Assembly (NCBI GenBank): GCA_951812955.1
Contig: OX638340.1
Span: 2,880,001-2,944,000 of the forward strand
Length of the DNA stretch: 64,000 nt
DNA from: an uncultured Gemmatimonadota bacterium
GTDB taxonomy: Bacteria > JAAXHH01
Direction of reading: 5' to 3'
The stretch's first letter is position 1. Every line of letters begins with the position of its first letter. Made by a program: the position numbers and the translations under genes. This document shows positions 20,400 through 30,177 of the stretch, in pieces. The notes under the pieces were generated by a model, which was not told the origin of the DNA, did no database searches, and saw only the letters and a program-made list of their open reading frames with translations.

Positions 20400-21339
20400 A
20401 GTCCGTACGGCCGACGCCGAAAAAACCGGGACGACGGAACGGTCCGGTGATGAAGGCCGGGTAGTCAAGCGTAAGCTCAAAGACTACAGGAGCGAAGTAA
20501 AGCCCACATGGTGCCCCGGCTGCGGAGATTTCGGTGTGCTAGCTGCTCTGCAGCGCGCGCTCGCTGAACGGGACCTGGATCCGAAGGACGTGGTCATCGT
20601 ATCCGGGATCGGCTGTTCCGGCCGTCTCCCCGAATTCGTCAACGCCTACGGTCTGCACGTGGTGCACGGGCGGGCGCTGCCCGCCGCCCAGGGCGTCAAG
20701 GCGGCCAATCCCGATTTGACGGTCATCGCCGTTGGCGGCGACGGCGACGGGTTTGCCATCGGCGGCGGTCACGTGCCCCATGCCGTGCGCCGCAACCAGG
20801 ACATCACCTACATCGTCATGGACAACCAGGTTTACGGACTGACCAAGGGCCAGCCGTCACCGAGCACGCCCACGGGGATGCAGGCGTTGCGCCGCAGCGT
20901 TTCCATGCCCAAGATGGCGCCTTACGAAGGGGTGCTGGAAGGCCAGTTGAACATCCTGGCCATGGTGATCGTCTACGGCTGCAGTTTCGTCGCGCGCACC
21001 TTCTCGAGCCAGGCGACGGAAATGGCGAAAACCATCGGCCGTGGACTCGACCACCCCGGATTCGCCTTCGTCCACGCGATGAGTCCCTGCCCCACCTTCT
21101 ACAACACCTACGATCCCTGGAAGGAGTCCTTCATGCCTTTGCCGGAAGGCTGGGACACCGGCGACCGGATCAAGGCGATCGACATGGCCATGGAAGAGGT
21201 GGGCGACGGAGTTTTCCACAGCGGCGTGTTCTTCCAGGAAGAGTACCGCACCTATACCGACAAGTTGCAGGACGTATACACCAAGGCTTATGGGGACGAG
21301 CAGGCGACCATAGACGCCTTGATGGACCAGTACGCCTGA
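20392..21339 (+). CDS. korB: 2-oxoacid:ferredoxin oxidoreductase beta subunit (TPP-binding)
   Basis: WCPGCGDFGVL and GGDGDGFAIGG TPP motifs. Start overlaps the korA stop. Confidence 0.85.
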   Translation: MAEVRTADAEKTGTTERSGDEGRVVKRKLKDYRSEVKPTWCPGCGDFGVLAALQRALAERDLDPKDVVIVSGIGCSGRLPEFVNAYGLHVVHGRALPAAQGVKAANPDLTVIAVGGDGDGFAIGGGHVPHAVRRNQDITYIVMDNQVYGLTKGQPSPSTPTGMQALRRSVSMPKMAPYEGVLEGQLNILAMVIVYGCSFVARTFSSQATEMAKTIGRGLDHPGFAFVHAMSPCPTFYNTYDPWKESFMPLPEGWDTGDRIKAIDMAMEEVGDGVFHSGVFFQEEYRTYTDKLQDVYTKAYGDEQATIDALMDQYA

Positions 21340-21456
21340 GTCAGCAGGTCCGTCCCGTTTTCCCGTTCCGCCCGTTCCGCCCGGTCCTTCCCGATCTTCC
21401 CGTATTCTCGGCGACGCCCGTTCCACCCGGTACGGGCAGCTTTTACTCCCAAATCC

Positions 21457-22314
21457 TTACCGAAACACGACGGTACGGCGTCCGTTGATCAATACGCGCC
21501 GCTGGATATGGTAGTGTACGGCCCGCGCCAGGACGATCCGTTCGATATCGTGTCCAACCGCCGTCAGTTCCGCCGGCGACATGCGATGGGTCACGGCTTC
21601 CACATCCTGCTCGATGATCGGCCCCTCATCGAGATCGGCCGTCACGTAGTGGGCGGTCGCGCCGATCAGCTTTACGCCGCGCCGGTGAGCCTGGTGGTAG
21701 GGCCGGGCGCCCTTGAAACCGGGCAGGAACGAATGGTGAATGTTGATGATGCGCCCCACCATCCTGTCGCACACCTCGGGACCGATTATCCGCATGTATC
21801 TGGCCAGCACGACGAAATCGATGTTGTTCTCCTCGATCTCGTCGATCAACCGCTCCTCCTGCTCCGCCTTGTTCTCGGGCGAAATCGGCAGGTGCAGAAA
21901 GTCGATGCCCGATTCCTTCGCCAGTTGCCCGGCGTCGGTATGGTTGGAGATGATCAGGGGGATATCCAGCTGAAGCTTGTCCATGCGCGTGCGGTTCAGC
22001 AGGTCCAGCAGGCAGTGCAGATCCCGCGACACCATGATCAGGGCCCGGGGCCGCGTGTCGTCGGCCGTCAGGTCCCACTGCATTTCCAGTTCCTCCGCCA
22101 GTGGAGCGAAGGTCCTCCACAGGGAACCCAGGGTTACCTTGCCGCCGAAATGCACGCGCATGAAGAACCGCTCGCTGTACGGGTCGATGTACGTATCGCT
22201 TTCGATAACGTGACATCCCTGTTCCGAAAGCCAGCGGGTCACGGTGTAGATCAATCCGGTTCGCTTGGGACAGGACAGGGCCAGCAGGAAGTTCTTTACG
22301 GTGCGTGCCTTCAT
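21457..22314 (-). CDS. purU: formyltetrahydrofolate deformylase
   Basis: N-terminal ACT domain followed by a formyltransferase domain (HHSFLPGFKGARPYHQA). Confidence 0.85.
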   Translation of the reverse strand: MKARTVKNFLLALSCPKRTGLIYTVTRWLSEQGCHVIESDTYIDPYSERFFMRVHFGGKVTLGSLWRTFAPLAEELEMQWDLTADDTRPRALIMVSRDLHCLLDLLNRTRMDKLQLDIPLIISNHTDAGQLAKESGIDFLHLPISPENKAEQEERLIDEIEENNIDFVVLARYMRIIGPEVCDRMVGRIINIHHSFLPGFKGARPYHQAHRRGVKLIGATAHYVTADLDEGPIIEQDVEAVTHRMSPAELTAVGHDIERIVLARAVHYHIQRRVLINGRRTVVFR

Positions 22315-22494
22315 GTATGGAGACCGTTACCGTGGGTATATGTAATGTTTACGTGCCGCGTTTCCTCTTCGGAGGGAATCGATCAATGATGAAGAGGACA
22401 TGAAGGCGAACCCTCCCGCCGGGTCCGGTTGCCGTGGATCGGCGGGCGAGAGACTGGCCGGGCGTCGACGAGCGTCACGCCCGGTGCGTTTCCG

Positions 22495-22740
22495 TCAGTC
22501 GTCCTGGAAGAAGTCCGCGTTGATCTGGATATAGTTCTGCCAATCATCCGGGGTATCTTCTTCGGCAAAAATGGCCTCAACAGGACATTCCGGCTCGCAG
22601 GCGCCGCAGTCTATGCACTCTTCAGGATCGATGTACAGCATGCGTTCGCCGTCCTTGGTGTGAATGCAATCCACCGGGCATACATCGACACAGCCCTTGT
22701 CCATTACGTCAATGCATGGCTCTGCGATTATGTAGGTCAT
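22495..22740 (-). CDS. 7Fe ferredoxin (FdxA-type)
   Basis: MTYIIAEPCIDVMDKGCVDVCPVDCIH...CIDCGACEPECP. GAGGAG RBS precedes the ATG at 22740; the ORF track's longer 5' extension is probably not used. Confidence 0.8.
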   Translation of the reverse strand: MTYIIAEPCIDVMDKGCVDVCPVDCIHTKDGERMLYIDPEECIDCGACEPECPVEAIFAEEDTPDDWQNYIQINADFFQDD

Positions 22741-22935
22741 ACGAGACTCCTCGCTAAACACGGCTTTCTGAAACAATTCGGCTTCGCGGATGCGTCGCAT
22801 CAAGTGTCGGCAGGACAGAAAACCGGTCAATGGTTCCGCCGCCAAAAATACCGTTATATTATAGCCGGACCGGCGTGGCGTGTCAAGCCTGAAATCGATT
22901 GACCGCCGGGCTGTTCTTCGTTAAGTTCAAAGGCC

Positions 22936-23619
22936 ATGCCACCGTCCGCCGTACCCGCCGACTTGGCCCGCCGTTACGACGTCTGTTTCAAGTCCATAGC
23001 CATTGGAAAGTGGGTGACTCTGGACATTCTGGCGGTACGCGATCCGGACGTGCTCATAGACGAAATCGACCCGGAATGCTACGATGAGGATGAACGCCTG
23101 CCCTACTGGGCGGAGATCTGGCCCTCGGCGATCGGTCTCGGCCGCCACCTGTTCGAGTATCCCGCTCCCCCCGGTTCAAAGATCCTGGAACTGGGCTGCG
23201 GCATCGGAGTGGCCGGTATCGCGGCGGCCGCGGCCGGACTGGTGGTCACCGCGTGCGACTACGAAGAGGACGCCCTGGCCTTCGCCCGGCACAATGCCCG
23301 GTTGAATGCCCTGAACGCGCGCGTATCCTTCCGCTTCCTGGACTGGAGAAACCCGGATCTCGACCGCAAGTACGCCATCATTATCGGTTCGGACATTCTT
23401 TACGAACGGCCAAATCACGAACCGATCCAGCGCTTGCTCAACGACACGCTGGAACCGGGCGGCATGTTTCTCGCGAGCGATCCCGGCCGCCGTGCGGCCA
23501 CCCCATTTGTCGAATCCATGATAGCCCGGGGATACCGACACAGCGCGCAGCCTCGAAGGATAAAGTTCGAAACGAATGACAACCGGATCATCGTTCACCG
23601 GTTTATGAAAGAGGCCTGA
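22936..23619 (+). CDS. class I SAM-dependent methyltransferase (METTL21/Methyltransf_16-like)
   Basis: ILELGCGIGVAGIAAA motif I and the overall architecture. Confidence 0.55.
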   Translation: MPPSAVPADLARRYDVCFKSIAIGKWVTLDILAVRDPDVLIDEIDPECYDEDERLPYWAEIWPSAIGLGRHLFEYPAPPGSKILELGCGIGVAGIAAAAAGLVVTACDYEEDALAFARHNARLNALNARVSFRFLDWRNPDLDRKYAIIIGSDILYERPNHEPIQRLLNDTLEPGGMFLASDPGRRAATPFVESMIARGYRHSAQPRRIKFETNDNRIIVHRFMKEA

Positions 23620-23645
23620 ATACGCAACCCCTGATTGGACCGGTC

Positions 23646-24920
23646 ATGAAAGAAGCCATCGCCCAACTTCCGGCGGGAATCCGGGATCGGCTGAGCCAGG
23701 CAGGTCGCCTGGCCGATGAGTCGGGACTGGACCTGTACCTGGTCGGCGGGACCGTGCGGGACATGCTGCTGGGATGGTCCAGGACGGACATAGACCTGGT
23801 GGTAGAGGGGGATGGGATGGGGTTCGGCGGCCGGCTTGCCCGGGCCGCGGGAGGCCGTTGCACGCCGCATCCCCGTTTTCTGACGACCACCGTGGATCTG
23901 CCTGAAGGTATAAACATGGACGTGGCGACCGCCCGCAGCGAGACCTACGAGCGCCCTGGTGCGCTTCCCCGGGTGGCGTCCGCGCCGATGGACGTGGACC
24001 TGGCGCGGCGCGATTTCACGATCAATGCCATGGCGGTCTCGTTGAACGAGCGACGCTTCGGCGACCTGGTCGATCCTTTCAACGGCCGGGCCGACCTGCA
24101 AAAGAAACGGGTCCGCATCCTCCACAACGGGAGCTTTATCGACGACCCCACCCGCCTCTTCCGGGCCGTCCGGTTTGAACAGCGCCTGCGGTTCAGGCTC
24201 GAGCGCGGGACGGAACGGAGATTTCGGGAAGCCGTCGCCGGGGGTATGGTCGGGAACCTTTCGGGTCCCCGGTTGCTCGAACAATTGAGGCTGATCTGCG
24301 TCGAATCAGATCCCTGGCCGATATTCGAACGGCTGGAACGACTCGGTGCGCTCTCGGCCATCCACCCAGCCCTGGCTTCCGACGAAGGCCTGGAAACGCT
24401 TGTCCGGGAGATCAGCCGGACCGGCGGTCCGGCGCCTTCCACCTACGACGGGTGGTGGATCCTGTACTTGGTCGCGCTGTTCCGGCCGCGCAGAGAGGAG
24501 ACCCTTCAGAGCGTCGTGGACCGGCTGAAGCCCAACAGGCGCCTTCGGAGAGCCATCGAGGACATGTCCCGGTGGTCCCGCGTGGAGCAGGCCGTCGAAT
24601 CGGGTGCAATCGAAACACCGGCGGACTTCTGCCGCGCGGTGCGCACGATTTCGGAGGACACCATGTTGTTCGTCACCCTGACCCATCCGGACGAAGGCAT
24701 GCGGAGGCGCTGCGAATCCTACTACCACAAACACAGGCACATGCGCCTTTCGATCGACGGAGGGACGCTAAAGGATCTGGGCATCCCGGTGGGACCGGAA
24801 TACGGCCGGATCCTGGACGAGGTACTGTCGATGAAGATTAACGGCGAAATCGGGACCGCGGACGAGGAACGCCGCGCCGCGCGGGATCTCTGGTTGCGCC
24901 TTCACCGCCCCACGCACTGA
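23646..24920 (+). CDS. CCA tRNA nucleotidyltransferase / poly(A) polymerase family protein
   Basis: Polymerase-beta head domain (LYLVGGTVRDMLLG...DIDLVV) followed by a probe-binding and HD-like C-terminal region. Confidence 0.7.
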   Translation: MKEAIAQLPAGIRDRLSQAGRLADESGLDLYLVGGTVRDMLLGWSRTDIDLVVEGDGMGFGGRLARAAGGRCTPHPRFLTTTVDLPEGINMDVATARSETYERPGALPRVASAPMDVDLARRDFTINAMAVSLNERRFGDLVDPFNGRADLQKKRVRILHNGSFIDDPTRLFRAVRFEQRLRFRLERGTERRFREAVAGGMVGNLSGPRLLEQLRLICVESDPWPIFERLERLGALSAIHPALASDEGLETLVREISRTGGPAPSTYDGWWILYLVALFRPRREETLQSVVDRLKPNRRLRRAIEDMSRWSRVEQAVESGAIETPADFCRAVRTISEDTMLFVTLTHPDEGMRRRCESYYHKHRHMRLSIDGGTLKDLGIPVGPEYGRILDEVLSMKINGEIGTADEERRAARDLWLRLHRPTH

Positions 24921-24951
24921 AACGTTCCGCAACCGCGGCAAAGGAGTATTC

Positions 24952-25602
24952 ATGCCCTTCGATTTTACCATCCTGTTCATCGCCATGCCCGCGATCCTCT
25001 TCGCCCTGACCTTTCACGAATACGCCCATGCCTGGGCGGCGTGGAAACTGGGCGATCCCACGGCGCGCAGCATGGGTCGGCTTTCGTTGAACCCCCTGGT
25101 GCATCTCGACCCGGCCGGGACGATCATGCTGGTCATCACCGTCATGAGCGGGTTCGGTATCGGCTGGGCGAAGCCCGTGCCGGTGGATCCCCGCTATCTG
25201 CGGAACCCCCGAAAGGACATGCTCTGGATCGCCCTGGCGGGACCGGTATCCAATATCATCCTCGCTTTCATCCTGGTGGGCGTATTCACCCACATGCCCT
25301 CCGGGGGCGCCCTGACCGATACCTTGCGCCAGATGGTCCGGTACGGCATTGTCATCAACCTGGCGCTGGCATTCTTCAACATGCTGCCGATCCCCCCGCT
25401 GGACGGGTCGCGGGTCCTGAAGGGACTGCTGCCGGCACAGCAGGCTCAGCGGTACGGCCAGCTCGAAATGTACGGCCCCATCCTGCTGATCGGGATTATC
25501 GTGGCGGACCAGATGTTGCGGCTGGGCATCATCCGGACCTGGATCATGGTTCCTGCCCAGATCAGCCTGCGCGTGATGAGTGAGATTTACGGCAGCTTCT
25601 AA
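24952..25602 (+). CDS. site-2 protease family (M50) zinc metalloprotease
   Basis: HEYAHAWAA HExxH motif in a small polytopic membrane protein. Confidence 0.75.
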   Translation: MPFDFTILFIAMPAILFALTFHEYAHAWAAWKLGDPTARSMGRLSLNPLVHLDPAGTIMLVITVMSGFGIGWAKPVPVDPRYLRNPRKDMLWIALAGPVSNIILAFILVGVFTHMPSGGALTDTLRQMVRYGIVINLALAFFNMLPIPPLDGSRVLKGLLPAQQAQRYGQLEMYGPILLIGIIVADQMLRLGIIRTWIMVPAQISLRVMSEIYGSF

Positions 25603-25613
25603 GCGGGGGCATT

Positions 25614-26627
25614 ATGCGGCTAAGCGCCGACACGGTCCGTCTGGACCTCATCCATCCCTTTCGCATTGCCCGCGAGGTCAGCGATCACAAGAACAACGTG
25701 CTCGTGCGTATCTCCGACGCAGGACTGACCGGCATCGGCGAAGCAGCGCCATCAGGTTACTACGGAGAAGACGCAGCGTCTGTGCTGCGGGCGCTTAAAG
25801 GAGCGCCGGCGATGCTGGGCGGAGATCCCTTAGGACTCGAGGCGACGCTGGATCGCCTTTCTTCCGGGCTTCCCGGCGATCCATCGGCGCGCGCGGCGGT
25901 GGATATCGCGCTTCACGACCTGGCCGCGCAACGGCTTGGCGTACCCCTTTACCGATGGCTCGGTCTCGATTCGGGGGAAACGCCCGTCACTTCGTTCACC
26001 ATCGGTATCGACGAACCGGAAGCCATACGCCGCAAGGTGCGCGCAGCCGCCGGATACCCGGCGTTGAAGGTCAAGCTCGGTTCGGTAAACGACCTTGAAA
26101 TCATGCGTACGATCCGCGGTGAAACGGATGCGCGTATCCGCATCGACGCCAACGCGGGATGGACGGTGGATCAGGCCGTGGAAATGGTCGACCGGCTGTC
26201 CGATTACGACGTGGAGCTCGTCGAGCAGCCTCTTTCCCCCGGTTCGCCGGAAGACTGGCGCAGGGTGCGCGAGGCTGCGTCCATGCCCATCTTCGCCGAC
26301 GAAAGCGTGCTGGTCTCCCAGGACGTGCCTGCCATGGCCGGCCTGGTGGACGGCGTCAACGTAAAACTGATGAAGAGCGGCGGAATCCGCGAAGCGCTCC
26401 GGCTCATCCATACCGCCCGTGCCCACAGGATGGGTGTCATGATCGGTTGCATGATAGAAACCTCCGTCGCCATCACCGCAGCGGCCCACCTCTCCCCCCT
26501 GGCCGATTACGCCGACCTGGACGGCAACCTTTTGATTTCAAACGATCCCTTCAGCGGGGCAACCGTGCGGCAGGGGCGCCTGATCCTGCCGGAGGGTCCC
26601 GGAATCGGGGTAACGCCCAGGGCATAG
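25614..26627 (+). CDS. dipeptide epimerase (L-Ala-D/L-Glu epimerase-like), enolase superfamily
   Basis: KxK motif (ALKVKLG) and metal ligands (IRIDANAGW, ELVEQP, FADES) typical of the MLE subgroup. Confidence 0.8.
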   Translation: MRLSADTVRLDLIHPFRIAREVSDHKNNVLVRISDAGLTGIGEAAPSGYYGEDAASVLRALKGAPAMLGGDPLGLEATLDRLSSGLPGDPSARAAVDIALHDLAAQRLGVPLYRWLGLDSGETPVTSFTIGIDEPEAIRRKVRAAAGYPALKVKLGSVNDLEIMRTIRGETDARIRIDANAGWTVDQAVEMVDRLSDYDVELVEQPLSPGSPEDWRRVREAASMPIFADESVLVSQDVPAMAGLVDGVNVKLMKSGGIREALRLIHTARAHRMGVMIGCMIETSVAITAAAHLSPLADYADLDGNLLISNDPFSGATVRQGRLILPEGPGIGVTPRA

Positions 26628-26699
26628 GCGTCTTAAGCGCCGGCCACGTCTCATGGTTCTCCCCAAGCCATATAATACACCTGAATAAATAAGAATAGT

Positions 26700-27087
26700 G
26701 GTATTATATCCGATTGCCTTCGCGCCGGTCGCGCCCTGATCAAACCTAACCAACCTGCGCTTTGACCGAGGCCCCGGGATTTCCGTCCCGCAATTTTGGC
26801 CTGGCCCCGCTCTTTCAATCAAAACACAAAAAAGTGTTGACTACAACGAAACTAAGATTAGATTAATAAAAATAAAGAGTTACTAAGATACGTTTAATTT
26901 AATCAAACTAAAGTGCGATGAGCGGAGTTACATCGAGTCAACATCAGTCTTCAGGCAATCTCTGACAGGTAAGCGACTGTCCATCTCGTAATACGCACAG
27001 GACGGGAAAGGAGGCCATATAGATCCGTGCCTTTACGCAGCAGCAATTTTACAGCAAAGAGTAACATTCGATAAACGGGAGACAAAG
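26700..27087. other. AT-rich non-coding island upstream of the collagen-like gene
   Basis: About 390 bp, markedly AT-rich against the 65% GC background, with no ORF above 60 aa. Confidence 0.6.
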
Positions 27088-28512
27088 ATGCATTATCTCA
27101 TATTGTTTGTGATTGCGTTCGCGCTATCCATGATGGGATGCGAAGGCAAGACAGGCCCCGCCGGCCCTACTGGTCAGCAGGGCGTGGCTGGTCCGCAGGG
27201 TGTTGCCGGGTCTACGGGATCTCAGGGATCTGCCGGTCCCCAGGGTCCTGAAGGTCCTCAAGGTCCCCAGGGCGATACCGGTCCCGCCGGTCCCCAGGGT
27301 CCTGAAGGTCCGCAGGGTTCCCAGGGCGATACCGGTCCCGCCGGCCCAGAGGGTCCCGCCGGTCCTCAGGGCGATACCGGTCCCGCCGGTCCAGAGGGTC
27401 CTGAAGGTCCGCAGGGCTCCCAGGGCGATACCGGTCCCGCCGGTCCTCAGGGACCTCCGGGCGAGGGCATAGACGCAGGTCAGGTGATCGACAGCGGCGT
27501 GCTGTCCGCCATTCATCACATCAAGTTGACCCAGGATGGAAACGCCAAGATGGTCGCCGTGTTCGACGCGCCTGATTTCGCGCTCAGAGCCGATCCGGGC
27601 AACAATCTGGATCTGACTATGGCCGTCGGTGAAACGACCACCATTGTCGCAAAGGCCGCCAGTCAGGACGGTGCGGTACTGGCCGTCGGTTTCGAATGGG
27701 AAACCAACTCTCAGGCCATTACGGTCGACGGCGGCACGATTACGGCAGTGGAACCGACCGCGGACGCCAAGATTACCCTCACGGCTGTTGGCAGGGGGGT
27801 GGAGATCGAGCTGGACGTCACGGTGCTCGACCTGATAAAGCGGATCGAGATCGCCATGCCGCACGCTTACGTTCTTCCAGTCGACGGTTCGGTCACGTTG
27901 TCGGCTACGGCCTACGATGCGACAAAGGGCGGAGATGAAATCGAAGGCGCCCAGATCATGTTCCTGAGTTCCGACACCAACGTGGTCAGCGTTGACGGCA
28001 ATACAATTACCGCCGAAGACGTGGGCACGGCCGAGGTCGTTGCCACGGGTGGCGGCGTCGACTCCAAGGATAAAGTCAAGATCACCGTCACCGGTACCGG
28101 CACGCTTCTGTATGCGATGCGATATACCAATATAGAAGCCGCCGCCCGTACCAGGGAACTGACAAAAGCCGATCCCGATGCCGTCGATGATGAGGGCAAT
28201 GCAGCTCCGATAACCCGGGAGGTGGATCCTGATACGAACATCGTTTTTCGAGTCCAGGTATTCGACATCGAGGCTGACGGTTCTCTGTCACTTACTTCTG
28301 ATACTCCGAATGTGACGGTCCGCAGCCAGCAGCCTGAGGTGGTAGCGATTCCCACTGACCAGAACTCGTTTGCTGTAGCCAATGGCATAGCGACAATTGC
28401 CATCCAGACCGGTGATACTTGGATCCTGGAACACGGGACGGCTTACCTGGTCGTTTCGTTGGACGGCGCCGAGGACATCGCTCTGCCCGGCATTATGATC
28501 GACGCACCCTGA
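27088..28512 (+). CDS. collagen-like (Gly-X-Y) repeat lipoprotein with bacterial Ig-like (Big_2-type) domains
   Basis: Signal peptide with lipobox (LSMMGC). About 36 uninterrupted GXY triplets ([16 protein letters not shown]...), then beta-rich repeats resembling Big_2 domains. Confidence 0.8.
   Translation: MHYLILFVIAFALSMMGCEGKTGPAGPTGQQGVAGPQGVAGSTGSQGSAGPQGPEGPQGPQGDTGPAGPQGPEGPQGSQGDTGPAGPEGPAGPQGDTGPAGPEGPEGPQGSQGDTGPAGPQGPPGEGIDAGQVIDSGVLSAIHHIKLTQDGNAKMVAVFDAPDFALRADPGNNLDLTMAVGETTTIVAKAASQDGAVLAVGFEWETNSQAITVDGGTITAVEPTADAKITLTAVGRGVEIELDVTVLDLIKRIEIAMPHAYVLPVDGSVTLSATAYDATKGGDEIEGAQIMFLSSDTNVVSVDGNTITAEDVGTAEVVATGGGVDSKDKVKITVTGTGTLLYAMRYTNIEAAARTRELTKADPDAVDDEGNAAPITREVDPDTNIVFRVQVFDIEADGSLSLTSDTPNVTVRSQQPEVVAIPTDQNSFAVANGIATIAIQTGDTWILEHGTAYLVVSLDGAEDIALPGIMIDAP
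27142..27468 (+). repeat. coding tandem repeat (collagen GXY tract with about 45-bp higher-order periodicity)
   Basis: Repeated ggtcccgccggtcc(c/a)cagggtcctgaaggtccgcagggttcccagggcgatacc units. Confidence 0.8.
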
Positions 28513-28761
28513 AAAGCTCCAGGTCGTTCTCACGGTTCGGGATAATCCGGGCCCGTAGCCAGGGTGCAGACAGAGTCCTGGAAGTACAGTAGAAGTTCCG
28601 GGGTGTCGCCTGGGATTATCCAAAATGAGGTCAGGATCCTCTTCACCGGGGATCAGCCTTCGCGGAAGCCTCATGCATTTGTATCAGGCACCTTGGGACA
28701 CCTTCCCGTTCGCCTTGAGTAGGAGCCACGGCCACTGAAAGGGGCGAGCGGCCGAACGAAC

Positions 28762-28795
28762 GGAAGCCCCGGCGCTCGAGTGCGCCGGGGCTTCC
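28762..28795. terminator. perfect 14-bp-stem hairpin between convergent genes (no U-tract)
   Basis: GGAAGCCCCGGCGC-tcgagt-GCGCCGGGGCTTCC. It may act bidirectionally. Confidence 0.4.
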
Positions 28796-28832
28796 GGTTC
28801 TACGGACTACCCTTGCATACCTCGCCTTCCGG

Positions 28833-29588
28833 TTATTTCGTCCTGGACTCCTTCCCCTCGTTCCCGTACTTCTCCAGACTCATCTCACCTTCGCGCAACA
28901 CGCCATATGTACCGTGCTGGATCCAGTCGCCCAGATTGATGTATACCTTCTCGCCCTTACAATCGAGCGTCGGACAGTGGTTGTGCCCGAACACTACCAT
29001 GTCGTAGCCTTCGTCGAGCAGTGAGAAAGCCAGGTCCTGGTAGGCTTGACGCGGATTCCACGAGGCGGGTTTTCTGTGGCGCCTGCTCAGCCGCGATGCC
29101 AGGCGGCCGATCGTGAAACCCCAATCCGGATGGATCATCTGAAACAGTCGGATGCTTATCGCGCTGTGCATGATCTTCGAAAGCGCGCGGTACCCGCGAT
29201 CGCTGGTAATCATGCCGTGGCCATGGGCGACATAGATCCTCCGTCCGTGGTGGGTCACGGTCAGCGGACCTTCCGCCGTTTCCACCCCGACCTGTTCGTC
29301 CAGAAAGGTTCCCAGCCAGAAATCGTGATTGCCCGGAAGGTATACGACCCGCGTGCCGTGCTCCACCAGCGAGCTCAGTGCGTGCAGCACCGTGTAGTGC
29401 TGGCGAGGCACGACGCTTCGGTATTCGAACCAGAAATCGAATAGATCACCGACGATGTACAATTGCCGGGCATCGCCCCTGAGGCTATGCAGGAAGGCCA
29501 GCAGACGCGCTCTTCTGCCTTCTTCTGCCGCATAATCTTCGATCCCCAGGTGGGCATCGGAAATGAAGTAGACGGGACCTTCCATCAT
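28833..29588 (-). CDS. LpxH-like metallophosphoesterase (UDP-2,3-diacylglucosamine hydrolase family)
   Basis: ISDAHLG, IVGDLFDFW, LPGNHD, HGHGM and FGHNH blocks match the LpxH pattern. The start is at MMEGPVYF, not the longer ORF. Confidence 0.7.
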   Translation of the reverse strand: MMEGPVYFISDAHLGIEDYAAEEGRRARLLAFLHSLRGDARQLYIVGDLFDFWFEYRSVVPRQHYTVLHALSSLVEHGTRVVYLPGNHDFWLGTFLDEQVGVETAEGPLTVTHHGRRIYVAHGHGMITSDRGYRALSKIMHSAISIRLFQMIHPDWGFTIGRLASRLSRRHRKPASWNPRQAYQDLAFSLLDEGYDMVVFGHNHCPTLDCKGEKVYINLGDWIQHGTYGVLREGEMSLEKYGNEGKESRTK

Positions 29589-29656
29589 GGACGATATAAG
29601 ACCCGAATAATGCCGGGATCCGGAGGGTTTCCCGGGCATCCAGTTGAGACAACTTT

Positions 29657-29688
29657 GAATTGACAATTCGCCTTTAGCACGTTAATTA
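29657..29688 (+). promoter_or_regulatory. candidate blaI promoter (TTGACA-N17-TAATTA) overlapping a perfect 6-1-6 palindrome GAATTGaCAATTC (putative BlaI-family operator)
   Basis: Seen directly in the AT-rich divergent region between the LpxH-like gene and blaI. Confidence 0.35.
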
Positions 29689-29757
29689 AGATACATTGGG
29701 CCATATATTTAACTACCAAAAACTTAGACATGCCTCCCGCAGATTCGACGCGCGGGC

Positions 29758-30177
29758 ATGGTGAATTCGGAGATGGACCGGATGGCCAGGAAGAAGCTGT
29801 CTTCGTTGACGGACCTGGAAATCGACATCATGAATGTCGTCTGGCGGCTGGGACGGGCGACGGTGCGCCAGATCGTCGATTCGCTTCGGGATCAGCGTCC
29901 CCTGGCGTACACGACAGTGCAGACGGTCCTGTCAATACTCACTCAGAAGGGCGTGGTTCAGTATACCCGCGAAGGCCGGGCCTATGTCTACACCGCCATC
30001 GTAAAGCCGGAAGGCGTGCGCAAGGAGACCGTCAGGGCCGTCGTGGACAAGTTGTTCGCCGGATCGCCGCAGTCCCTCGTGCTTCACCTGATCGAATCGG
30101 ACGCGTTAACCGCGGAGGAAGCCGAAAGCCTGCGCAAGCTGCTGGACCGGATGGCCTCGGAGGCGTCTGATGATTGA
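29758..30177 (+). CDS. BlaI/MecI/CopY-family transcriptional repressor
   Basis: Winged-helix N-terminus (LEIDIMNVVWRLGRATVRQIVD...YTTVQTVLSILTQKGVV) and a dimerisation C-terminus. The start could be at 29773 or 29782. Confidence 0.8.
   Translation: MVNSEMDRMARKKLSSLTDLEIDIMNVVWRLGRATVRQIVDSLRDQRPLAYTTVQTVLSILTQKGVVQYTREGRAYVYTAIVKPEGVRKETVRAVVDKLFAGSPQSLVLHLIESDALTAEEAESLRKLLDRMASEASDD

Noticed and set aside
19158-20480. 440-aa minus-strand ORF
   Set aside because: Antisense to korA/korB. Arg-rich GC-artefact translation.
27142-27468. Regular DNA repeats considered as a possible CRISPR array
   Set aside because: The units are contiguous with no unique spacers and lie in-frame in a coding GXY collagen tract. 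No cas genes are present.
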